In this document: piece after piece, positions 25,058-32,000 of the stretch
Numbering within the stretch: the stretch's first letter is position 1
How the letters are laid out: the number at the start of each line of letters is the position of its first letter
Origin: Desulfotalea psychrophila LSv54
GTDB taxonomy: Bacteria > Desulfobacterota > Desulfobulbia > Desulfobulbales > Desulfocapsaceae
Assembly (NCBI RefSeq): GCF_000025945.1
Contig: NC_006138.1
Coordinates: forward strand, 390,001 to 422,000
DNA length: 32,000 bases
Direction of reading: 5' to 3'
Program-made: the position numbers and the translations under genes
Notes under the pieces: generated by a model
What the model was told of the DNA's origin: nothing
Database searches by the model: none
The model's input: only the letters and a program-made list of their open reading frames with translations

Positions 25058-26443
25058 ATGCCCCTGCACAACAAGAGAAAGAACAACATCATGGATGATA
25101 TCTATGCATCATCTGATCTCTCCATTGTTCTTCCCAAATACAAGATGCCGCAAAAAGAGCTTGATCCCCGCCACGCCTACCAGATGGTTCACGACGAACT
25201 GATGCTGGATGGCAATGCCCGGCAAAACCTGGCGACCTTTTGCCAGACATGGGATGACCCGGAAGTTCACAGGCTGATGGACGAGTGTATCGATAAAAAC
25301 ATGATTGATAAGGATGAGTATCCTCAAACTGCAGAGATTGAATCCCGATGCGTGCACATTCTGGCCGATCTCTGGAATGCCCCGGATTCTGCCAACAGCT
25401 TGGGTTGCTCCACCACCGGTTCCAGTGAGGCGGCCATGCTCGGTGGACTGGCCCTAAAAAAACGCTGGAGCGAAAAGAGAAAGGCCGCCGGCAAGGGCAC
25501 AGACAGACCCAATATTGTCTGTGGCCCTGTCCAGATATGTTGGCATAAATTTGCCCGTTACTGGGATGTGGAACTACGAGAAGTCCCCTTAGAGGACCAA
25601 CTCTATATGACGGCGGAAGAGGCCGTAAAGCGTTGCGATGAAAACACCATCGGAGTCATACCCACCCTGGGAGTTACATTTACCTGTGTCTATGAGCCGG
25701 TAGAAGAGATTTGCAGGGCCCTTGATCAACTGCAAAAAGAGACCGGCCTCGACATCCCAGTCCATGTGGATGGGGCAAGCGGTGGATTTCTTGCTCCCTT
25801 TGTCGATCCCGATCTCAAATGGGACTTTCGCCTGAAACGGGTAAAGTCGATCAATGCCTCGGGTCATAAATTTGGGTTGGCACCACTCGGCGTAGGCTGG
25901 GTGCTCTGGCGAGACAAAGAGGAGCTCCCCGAGGACCTCATCTTCTGGGTCAACTATCTGGGAGGCAATATGCCCACCTTTGCCCTCAACTTCTCCCGCC
26001 CAGGAGGACAGATTATCGCCCAGTACTATAACTTCCTACGTCTTGGCCATGAGGGCTATCGCAAAATACACCAAGCCTGCTACAAAACAGCCCAATACCT
26101 CTCAAGCGAAGTCAAAAAACTCGGCCCATTTGAGATCATCTACGATGGCAGGGGAGGCATTCCCGCCATGAGCTTCTCCTTACAAGAGGGCGTTGCCCCG
26201 GGATTCAACCTCTTTGACCTATCGGATCGCATTAGGAGCCGTGGTTGGCAGATTGCGGCCTATAGCATGCCCGCCAATAGAGAGGATTTAGTGGTAATGC
26301 GCATCCTCGTCCGCCATGGTTTCAGCCGGGACTTAGCTGACCTACTCCTCAAAGACCTTCAGCACTGCCTGGAGTACTTCAAAAAAAATCCAGTTATTCA
26401 CCAGAGCAGTGAAGAGTTCTCTGGCAGTTTTAAGCACAGCTAG
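25058..26443 (+). CDS. gadB: Glutamate decarboxylase (PLP-dependent)
   Basis: The track start is 25019. ATG 25058 has GGAG 7 nt upstream (MPLHNKRK...). The product is collinear with E. coli GadA/B as remembered, including the PLP-lysine motif [22 protein letters not shown]. Confidence 0.95.
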   Translation: MPLHNKRKNNIMDDIYASSDLSIVLPKYKMPQKELDPRHAYQMVHDELMLDGNARQNLATFCQTWDDPEVHRLMDECIDKNMIDKDEYPQTAEIESRCVHILADLWNAPDSANSLGCSTTGSSEAAMLGGLALKKRWSEKRKAAGKGTDRPNIVCGPVQICWHKFARYWDVELREVPLEDQLYMTAEEAVKRCDENTIGVIPTLGVTFTCVYEPVEEICRALDQLQKETGLDIPVHVDGASGGFLAPFVDPDLKWDFRLKRVKSINASGHKFGLAPLGVGWVLWRDKEELPEDLIFWVNYLGGNMPTFALNFSRPGGQIIAQYYNFLRLGHEGYRKIHQACYKTAQYLSSEVKKLGPFEIIYDGRGGIPAMSFSLQEGVAPGFNLFDLSDRIRSRGWQIAAYSMPANREDLVVMRILVRHGFSRDLADLLLKDLQHCLEYFKKNPVIHQSSEEFSGSFKHS

Positions 26444-26480
26444 GAGCGACACAACCACAACCTACATAGGGAGAAACCAA

Positions 26481-28418
26481 ATGATTGCCCCCATGGCATT
26501 TCAAGCAAAAAGGTCCACTTTTCTCTGCCCGCTATTAGTAGCCTTGGCCATACTCTTCAGCCTGACAGCGGTCTCCTCCGGCACATCCTGGGCCAAGGAC
26601 CATGCTGGCAGCTCTCAGGCTACTGTCTCGGCTGTTGCTGGCGATAATCAGGCGGTGACCGCCAAGGGCGAAGTAAAAAACTCCTTTGCTCCAATTAAAA
26701 CCTGCTTTAACTTTCTTAAAGAACAGCCATTTGTCTTTATCCTCCTCGCCCTGGCCATCGGCTACCCCCTGGGCAAGATATCGCTCTGGGGCATATCCCT
26801 CGGGCCAACAGCGGGGACATTACTGGTGGGAGTGCTCATCTCCATCATCGGCCAAAATATCTTCGGGATTATCTATGGCATCCCCAGCATTGTCTCCACC
26901 ATCTTTCTCCTCATGTTTATGTACGCCCTTGGCCTTAAGGTTGGTCCTCAATTTTTTTCAGGCCTCAAGACAGGTGGTCTGGCCTTCATTGTCATAGGGC
27001 TGATTGTCTGGTCACTGAACTGGCTCATCTGTTTTTTCGGGGTTAAACTAGCAGGTCTGGAAGCCGGCTTTGCCCCCGGCATTATCTCCGGCAGCTACAC
27101 CATTACCGCCATCATTGGCGTGGCCCAAACAGCACTTACCAACGGTGCCTACACCCCGCCACCGGGAGTAAGCACAGAACAGATTGGGGCAAACATTGCG
27201 GCTGGCTATGCCATAAGCTACGTCCTCTCCAATATCGGTATCATCCTCCTTATCCGCTACCTGCCCCAAATATTTGGCCATGACCCCATAGCCGATGCCC
27301 AACTAGCTGAAAAAGAGCTGAGTGGCGGAGCAACAGACCCCGTTCCCGGAGCCGCAGGCTCTCTCTCTTTAGGTTTTTCCCACTTTGATCTTCGCGCCTA
27401 CGAGGTCGACCACCAAGAGATCATCGGCAAAACTGTCCAGGAATTTTTTCACCTCTATCCTGAGGCACCCATCCTCCGGGTTGTCCGTCAGGGCAAGCTA
27501 CTCAACTTGTCCGAAAACAATCCCATAAAGAGGGGAGATATTGTCTCCGTTCGAGCCGATGTGCACGAGCTCATAGCCGATGGTAAAAAACTGATAGGAA
27601 AGGAGAGCGACAGTATTCTGGCAAGAGATGTCCCCATAGAGGTTGCCGATATCCATATTGGTAGCCGCGATGTTGCCGGAGATACCCTGGCAGAGCTTGG
27701 CCGATCCATTGGTTTTGGCCTACAGCTCAAGGCCCTCTTTCGATTTGGCCAAGAGCTTCCCCTCCTCGCAGGCACAGCTGTTCAGGTAGGTGATGTGTTG
27801 AGATTTGTCGGTCCGGATTTCTGTATCCAACAGGCAGCAAAAAGACTCGGTGGCAGACCAATCCTTAACAGTTCAATTACCGAGGTCATGTATATGGCCA
27901 TCGCCATGGGCATAGGCTATATTTTTGGTAGCCTCAGCTTCAACTTCGCAGGTATCCCCTTTGCCCTTGGCACCTCTGCCGGTTGCCTGCTTGCCGGTAT
28001 CTTTATGAGTTACTGGCGAAGCCGTAACCCTGAATTTGGTGGCCCCATGAGTGAAGGTGCCCGCAGTTTCTTGCAGGACATCGGCCTCAACCTCTTTGTT
28101 GCAGTACTCGCAGCCGCTGTTGGCCCTAAGATAATCGAATCCTTCCACGGGACCACGGCAATATGGGTCGCAATCATCGGTATCCTGGGAGCGCTAGTGC
28201 CCCCTCTGGTTGCCTTTGTCGTGGGAATCAAGGTCTTCAAGCTCAACAGCGTTGTGGCAGCCGGGGCCAGTACCGGGGCCCGCAACTCAACCCCGGGGCT
28301 CAATGCCATCTGCGAACAGTCCCAAAGTGCTGTGGCGGCGGTTCCCTATCCCCTCACCTATGCCCTGACAACAGTTCTCGCTCTGGTTGGTGGCTATTTC
28401 GCCATGCTCCTCTCCTAA
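26481..28418 (+). CDS. AAE-family transporter (AspT/YidE/YbjL type; two Asp-Al_Ex membrane halves flanking two RCK_C/TrkA_C domains) with an N-terminal signal-like extension
   Basis: The track start is 26409, overlapping gadB. ATG 26481 has GGGAG 8 nt upstream. The core resembles YidE/AspT (MFMYALGLKVGPQFFSGLKTGG; C-terminal GASTGARNSTPGLNAI). The central soluble region has two RCK_C-like repeats (GDIVSVRAD, GDVLRFVGP). Confidence 0.85.
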   Translation: MIAPMAFQAKRSTFLCPLLVALAILFSLTAVSSGTSWAKDHAGSSQATVSAVAGDNQAVTAKGEVKNSFAPIKTCFNFLKEQPFVFILLALAIGYPLGKISLWGISLGPTAGTLLVGVLISIIGQNIFGIIYGIPSIVSTIFLLMFMYALGLKVGPQFFSGLKTGGLAFIVIGLIVWSLNWLICFFGVKLAGLEAGFAPGIISGSYTITAIIGVAQTALTNGAYTPPPGVSTEQIGANIAAGYAISYVLSNIGIILLIRYLPQIFGHDPIADAQLAEKELSGGATDPVPGAAGSLSLGFSHFDLRAYEVDHQEIIGKTVQEFFHLYPEAPILRVVRQGKLLNLSENNPIKRGDIVSVRADVHELIADGKKLIGKESDSILARDVPIEVADIHIGSRDVAGDTLAELGRSIGFGLQLKALFRFGQELPLLAGTAVQVGDVLRFVGPDFCIQQAAKRLGGRPILNSSITEVMYMAIAMGIGYIFGSLSFNFAGIPFALGTSAGCLLAGIFMSYWRSRNPEFGGPMSEGARSFLQDIGLNLFVAVLAAAVGPKIIESFHGTTAIWVAIIGILGALVPPLVAFVVGIKVFKLNSVVAAGASTGARNSTPGLNAICEQSQSAVAAVPYPLTYALTTVLALVGGYFAMLLS

Positions 28419-28458
28419 AAAAAACGGGTCCCCATATTGTGGGGGACCCGATAATTTT
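28417..28458. terminator. Bidirectional rho-independent terminator
   Basis: CGGGTCCCC (28425-28433) pairs with GGGGACCCG (28442-28450) around an 8-nt loop. On the minus strand it is followed by T8 (A8 at 28417-28424). On the plus strand it is followed by ATAATTTTC. It separates the gadB-transporter operon from the convergent ATPase/HNH operon. Confidence 0.8.
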
Positions 28459-28538
28459 CATCCAACACAGCAGGCAAAGACCTTCCCTCTCATCTCCTAG
28501 CTGAAAAGTCCTGAGAAGAGGACATCTGCCAAGGCTAA

Positions 28539-29306
28539 CTAACCGTCATAACCAATTCGCTCTAAATGCTCCTCGGCCTGTTTACCCAAATAAGCCCTGA
28601 TTGCAGAAAAAAAGGCTGGCCAGTTCCCGACCTTATTTCGGCGCAGTATTGCCCGGGCAAGTCGTCTTCTCGCATCTACGGCACTGAAGCCCTGACTGAC
28701 AAGTCTGTTATACTGCCGATTAAGATGGAGCAAAACTGGCCGACGCAGATCAGTCAAACGTTTTGCGTTTAAACGTAGGCTGTCAATTGTATTCTGGGCC
28801 TTCTCCACATCGACCCCGGCCCGAATACAGTTGTTAATATGCACCTCCATCCGCCCCGTTGTCCGGCTATAGGTAAAGAGATTCGGACTTGCCGGCAGGA
28901 GAAGGGGGTTCAAGATCACCTCATCAAAATTTTCTCTATCCTTAGGCACATCACAGGAGTAGTCAGGGCTGGTAAAGCGTCTCTTACCATCAATAACATC
29001 CCTTTGACTGCCCCCATGGCAACAGCCCAGCAGGTTTTGCCAATCCAACCCCCAGTTATGATCAGCGCCATTATCTGATTTTGGATGAAAGTGCTCAACC
29101 CGAAAATCTGCACTGCTCAAGGTATCGGCCCTTCTCAAATCAATCTCGCAGTAGGCGCATAAGCCCCCCTGATCTCGACGGATCTGTTCCTGCACCTGAT
29201 TACGCCTATCGCCGTTTTTCCTATACTTTTCCCAGCTATCGGTGAAATGGGCCTGATGATACTCTCTGAGGAAGGTGGGCTCTTCTCCCTTAATTATCTT
29301 CTTCAT
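28539..29306 (-). CDS. ptuB: HNH endonuclease of TIGR02646 / PtuB type (Septu-like effector)
   Basis: The 255-aa product carries CAYCEIDL, FRVEHFHPKS and WQNLLGCCHGG, an HNH/His-Me finger with flanking Cys pairs. Its start overlaps the upstream ATPase gene by 17 nt. The gene symbol is given by analogy only. Confidence 0.65.
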   Translation of the reverse strand: MKKIIKGEEPTFLREYHQAHFTDSWEKYRKNGDRRNQVQEQIRRDQGGLCAYCEIDLRRADTLSSADFRVEHFHPKSDNGADHNWGLDWQNLLGCCHGGSQRDVIDGKRRFTSPDYSCDVPKDRENFDEVILNPLLLPASPNLFTYSRTTGRMEVHINNCIRAGVDVEKAQNTIDSLRLNAKRLTDLRRPVLLHLNRQYNRLVSQGFSAVDARRRLARAILRRNKVGNWPAFFSAIRAYLGKQAEEHLERIGYDG

Positions 29307-30600
29307 CGAATCTATCCATTTCTTTCATGCGAATATCCATATCCAAACAGGCCAACTCGGGCTCATGCTCCCCGCCCCAGATATCAAGCGCCCGACGTAG
29401 CTCCAAGGCCTCCTCACAGTCCCACCTATCCGCATCCACCAGAGCCTGATACCTTTTCAACTTTTGTACAACCGCCAGCTGCTGCACCCGGGATGATTCA
29501 ACCCCCAGCACCTGGAGCAGAACCTGCTGGGCCTCAGCACCGGCAGAAAAGCCCACGGGCACCAGACTGGGCTGGTCCTCTCTCCAGTCAATTACCCGCA
29601 GACTCCTAGGATCAACAGCAGAAACCACCTGGGGACTATGGGTGGTAACAATAAATTGAATACAGGGGAAGGTCTTCATCAGATCAAGGAGGATTACCTG
29701 CTGCCAACTGGGATGGAGATGAAGATCCACCTCATCAATCAGGACAATACCTTCGGTCTGCAGGGGGTCAGCCATTTGAGGATTTGCCTGCACCATACGG
29801 GCGGCAATGTCCATCACTAAGACCAGAATCATCCGATGGCCACTACTGAGCTGCTCAATTGTCAACTGCTTGACTCCCGTCTCCTGACGCCAATCCACCT
29901 GAATGGTTGACTGCTCTACAACCTGTGGATTAGAAAAATCCGGGAGCATAGAGTTTACAGCCCTACGAATAGCTCGTAACTCGGGCAGTTCAAGATCAGG
30001 GGAACCTGATCTTTTCTGCGCCCTCGCCTCCAACTGGCCCAAGGCATAGAAATACTCCATAAAGCCCTTAAAATTTGTCCGGCTTTGCAGGGCCCCATGC
30101 AGGGCATCAAAACGCCGGCGAGGCTTACAGAGACAGGGTTCAGGCAGGGGAATTTCAAAAACGTCACGCCCCGTGCCAAAGTAGATGAATATCGGTAGCT
30201 GGTAATCGGCACCGGCATTTTCTGCCTCTATGAACTGATCAACATATGCATAGAGCTCTTTTACCCCGCGCCCCGGTGGTATTTCTCCTGCCGTTTTTTC
30301 TGTCTGATCCCGTCTCTCCGTTCTATCCCAGACAAAACCTGTATCGGTCTCACTGGTAATACGCATATAGGGAGGTCTATGCCCGTCAGAGAAGATATGA
30401 AAGTCACTGGCCTTGGGCTCCAGACCTGTCACCCTGGGCAGGCGGGTTAAAAAAACACCCAGAGAGGTGGCAACAGCATCAAGGATAGTTGATTTCCCCT
30501 CGCCGTTTTTCGCAACCAGAACAGTCAACTGCTCATCAAAATCAATTTCAAAGTTGGTGAATCGACGATAATTATGGAGTGTCAGTCGTTTTATCTTCAT
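29290..30600 (-). CDS. ptuA: ABC-type (RecF/SMC-like, COG3950/AAA_21-type) ATPase, PtuA-like
   Basis: The track start is GTG 30642. ATG 30600 gives MKIKRLTLHNYRRF, the canonical N-terminus of this ATPase class. The motifs are Walker A AKNGEGKST, signature-like LSSGHRM, Walker B IVLIDEVDLHLHP and H-loop TTHSP. The gene symbol is given by analogy only. Confidence 0.7.
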   Translation of the reverse strand: MKIKRLTLHNYRRFTNFEIDFDEQLTVLVAKNGEGKSTILDAVATSLGVFLTRLPRVTGLEPKASDFHIFSDGHRPPYMRITSETDTGFVWDRTERRDQTEKTAGEIPPGRGVKELYAYVDQFIEAENAGADYQLPIFIYFGTGRDVFEIPLPEPCLCKPRRRFDALHGALQSRTNFKGFMEYFYALGQLEARAQKRSGSPDLELPELRAIRRAVNSMLPDFSNPQVVEQSTIQVDWRQETGVKQLTIEQLSSGHRMILVLVMDIAARMVQANPQMADPLQTEGIVLIDEVDLHLHPSWQQVILLDLMKTFPCIQFIVTTHSPQVVSAVDPRSLRVIDWREDQPSLVPVGFSAGAEAQQVLLQVLGVESSRVQQLAVVQKLKRYQALVDADRWDCEEALELRRALDIWGGEHEPELACLDMDIRMKEMDRFDEEDN

Positions 30601-30992
30601 AGGCTTACCTTTAGAAACATTTCCATATACAAAAAATCCCACCCCTGAATACAGGGTTAAAAAAATTACAGGTCACATTCTCAACAATCGCAAGGAGGAG
30701 GACCTTTACTCAAAAAGCGCCCTACTCTCATATCATAGCGAAACCAACACCAGACTTCATCTTTTCGAGCAAATTATTTCCTCAGAGCAACTCCAAACAG
30801 AGACCCCATAAGATGAGGCAAGGGAGGGAGACAGATTTACTTCCTCAAAAGAATACTCTTAACCAATATTGTCCAATTGCAACTTCTTCGATATGCTATA
30901 AGAAAGAATTAAGGTAAAATGGATAGGTTACAGTTAACATCTAAGAGACTTCAAAAAGAGATCAACAGGACTCACTACAGGGAATAAAAACT

Positions 30993-31712
30993 ATGCTGAT
31001 TTTTAACTGCACCAGGACAGCCTGTAATTTTTTCACCGTCAGTCAGGGGGGCGTCAAAGTCTCACCGGTAGAACCAGCCCCGCACACAAACTTGGCAGAC
31101 GATGATCTGAAAAACAGTGATGGGACCAAACCTGCTCTGATGCAGTGGCTGATTCATCTGATAAGGGTGCAGGGCAAAAATATTATTCTGGCCATGGAGA
31201 TAAAGAGTCATTATTGCATGATCTTTGCGGGTCTGAAGAAGGGTGATGCCACCACCTTTATTCAACTATTTTATGAACGCCTCTTTAATAATATGCAGTG
31301 GTATGGTGAAAGTATTGGCTTTATGGATGAAACCAGCTTCCAACCAATGGCTACAAATTTCATAAAAGCCCATGACGAGTTCCGTTTTTTTGCCCGCGAC
31401 GATGCCAAAATCCAGAAAAGCATAGATAATGTGGCAAAGGACATTCGCCTCTGGGCCAGTAAGCATGACAGCTCTGGCAATGCGGCGGAACAGGCGGCAG
31501 AGTTTAACCAAAGGGTAAACAGTATCCCCCACAAAGCAGGATCCCAGCAGGGCGCCATCCCCTCTGAAGTAATGTTCATCTACTGGATCGGCCATTTTTG
31601 TAATGCTCAGGAAAAAGAGATAAAAATGGCTCGACAGCGCTTTGAAGTCCTTAAAAAAAGAGAGCTTGAACAGCTCGGACTTCTCCTTCGCAGTAAAAAG
31701 AATGACTCCTGA
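30993..31712 (+). CDS. Hypothetical protein, DUF6933-like
   Basis: The 239-aa product begins MLIFNCTRTACNFF. An internal W.IHLIR..GKNIILAMEIKSHYCMIFAGLKKGD segment resembles what I recall for DUF6933 (M.I.RCT.K...; W.A.L....RRK.LL..H..T.......G.KK). The assignment is from memory only. Confidence 0.5.
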   Translation: MLIFNCTRTACNFFTVSQGGVKVSPVEPAPHTNLADDDLKNSDGTKPALMQWLIHLIRVQGKNIILAMEIKSHYCMIFAGLKKGDATTFIQLFYERLFNNMQWYGESIGFMDETSFQPMATNFIKAHDEFRFFARDDAKIQKSIDNVAKDIRLWASKHDSSGNAAEQAAEFNQRVNSIPHKAGSQQGAIPSEVMFIYWIGHFCNAQEKEIKMARQRFEVLKKRELEQLGLLLRSKKNDS

Positions 31713-31758
31713 AGAGATGAGCTCGTGAAGGCAGTCGACTAGCCGAAAGAGGCAAGGA

Positions 31759-32000
31759 TTACAGGGCAGACATCTCTCTCATCGAGCTCAAAAACTGGCT
31801 AAATATCCTCTCCACCGCCACAAGTGAGGAGTTCAGTCGATGATCTCCGCTGATCAGGTGCAGGGAGCAATCTGCCTCCTCGGCAAACTTTATTGAGTGA
31901 GAGGCAGGGATAATATCGTCGGACCAACCATGGACGATTTCAATATGTTGACAATGAGAATTATGAGTCTGTCTCTCATATCCTGACATATAGAGGGCTG
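31759..32000 (-). CDS. Alpha/beta-hydrolase (esterase) C-terminal part; the ORF stays open to the window edge
   Basis: The frame has no stop between 31989 and 32000, so Met 31989 is probably internal. IVHGWSDDIIP...LHLISGDHRL fits the Asp- and His-bearing end of alpha/beta hydrolases (YqiA/esterase-like). Confidence 0.5.
   Translation of the reverse strand, partial: ALYMSGYERQTHNSHCQHIEIVHGWSDDIIPASHSIKFAEEADCSLHLISGDHRLNSSLVAVERIFSQFLSSMREMSAL

Noticed and set aside
30643-32000. Ec78-type retron (msr/msd + reverse transcriptase) upstream of the PtuA/PtuB-like pair
   Set aside because: No minus-strand ORF upstream of the ATPase has reverse-transcriptase length or a YxDD-type motif. The only minus ORFs there (67-109 aa) are shadows of the plus-strand 239-aa gene. 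I found no flanking long inverted repeats typical of msr/msd.
1-32000. CRISPR arrays, IS elements/transposases, integrases, tRNA/rRNA genes
   Set aside because: The only tandem repeats I saw are in-frame coding repeats (5212-5295 and 15722-15784). No ORF has transposase or integrase motifs. I recognised no tRNA-like T-arm (GGTTCGAATCC-type) and no rRNA segment. This was a scan by eye, so short or degenerate elements could have been missed.

Overview
This 32-kb chromosomal window has moderate GC. Its gene content and heavy sigma-54 usage look Desulfobacterota-like (deltaproteobacterial), but that taxon is only a guess. I found no rRNA or tRNA genes, CRISPR arrays, transposases or integrases.

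Contents from left to right:
- A partial yciH (SUI1) gene.
- cspA with a long leader.
- An NTF2-like gene preceded by nested palindromes.
- Two tandemly duplicated membrane-sensor HD-GYP (c-di-GMP phosphodiesterase) genes. Their promoter/leader block is duplicated too, and the second copy is ATGA-coupled to a DUF3955-like mini membrane protein.
- A secreted protein ending in a (GGGN)n tail.
- A TPR/OmpA-like lipoprotein.
- A HAMP-PP2C sensor phosphatase.
- A five-gene minus-strand Cu(I)/Ag(I) efflux operon: Met/His-repeat periplasmic protein, outer-membrane factor, CusB, CusA, and a small secreted YtkA-like protein. It sits behind a near-consensus sigma-54 promoter and faces a divergent sensor kinase / sigma-54 activator pair, a layout like zraP-zraSR.
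- A sugar-type ABC importer.
- Small orphan genes, then UspA and TauE.
- Glutamate decarboxylase paired with an AAE-family (AspT/YidE-like) transporter instead of GadC.
- A terminator-bounded ABC-ATPase + HNH cassette (Septu PtuA/PtuB-like anti-phage module) next to a DUF6933-like orphan.
- A partial alpha/beta hydrolase.

The candidates most worth follow-up are:
- the defence islet at 28.5-31.7 kb;
- the Met-rich accessory proteins and sigma-54 wiring of the cus operon;
- the GAD + AAE transporter pairing.

I see no compelling evidence for a wholly new multi-gene system. All family assignments come from motif recognition by eye, not from searches.
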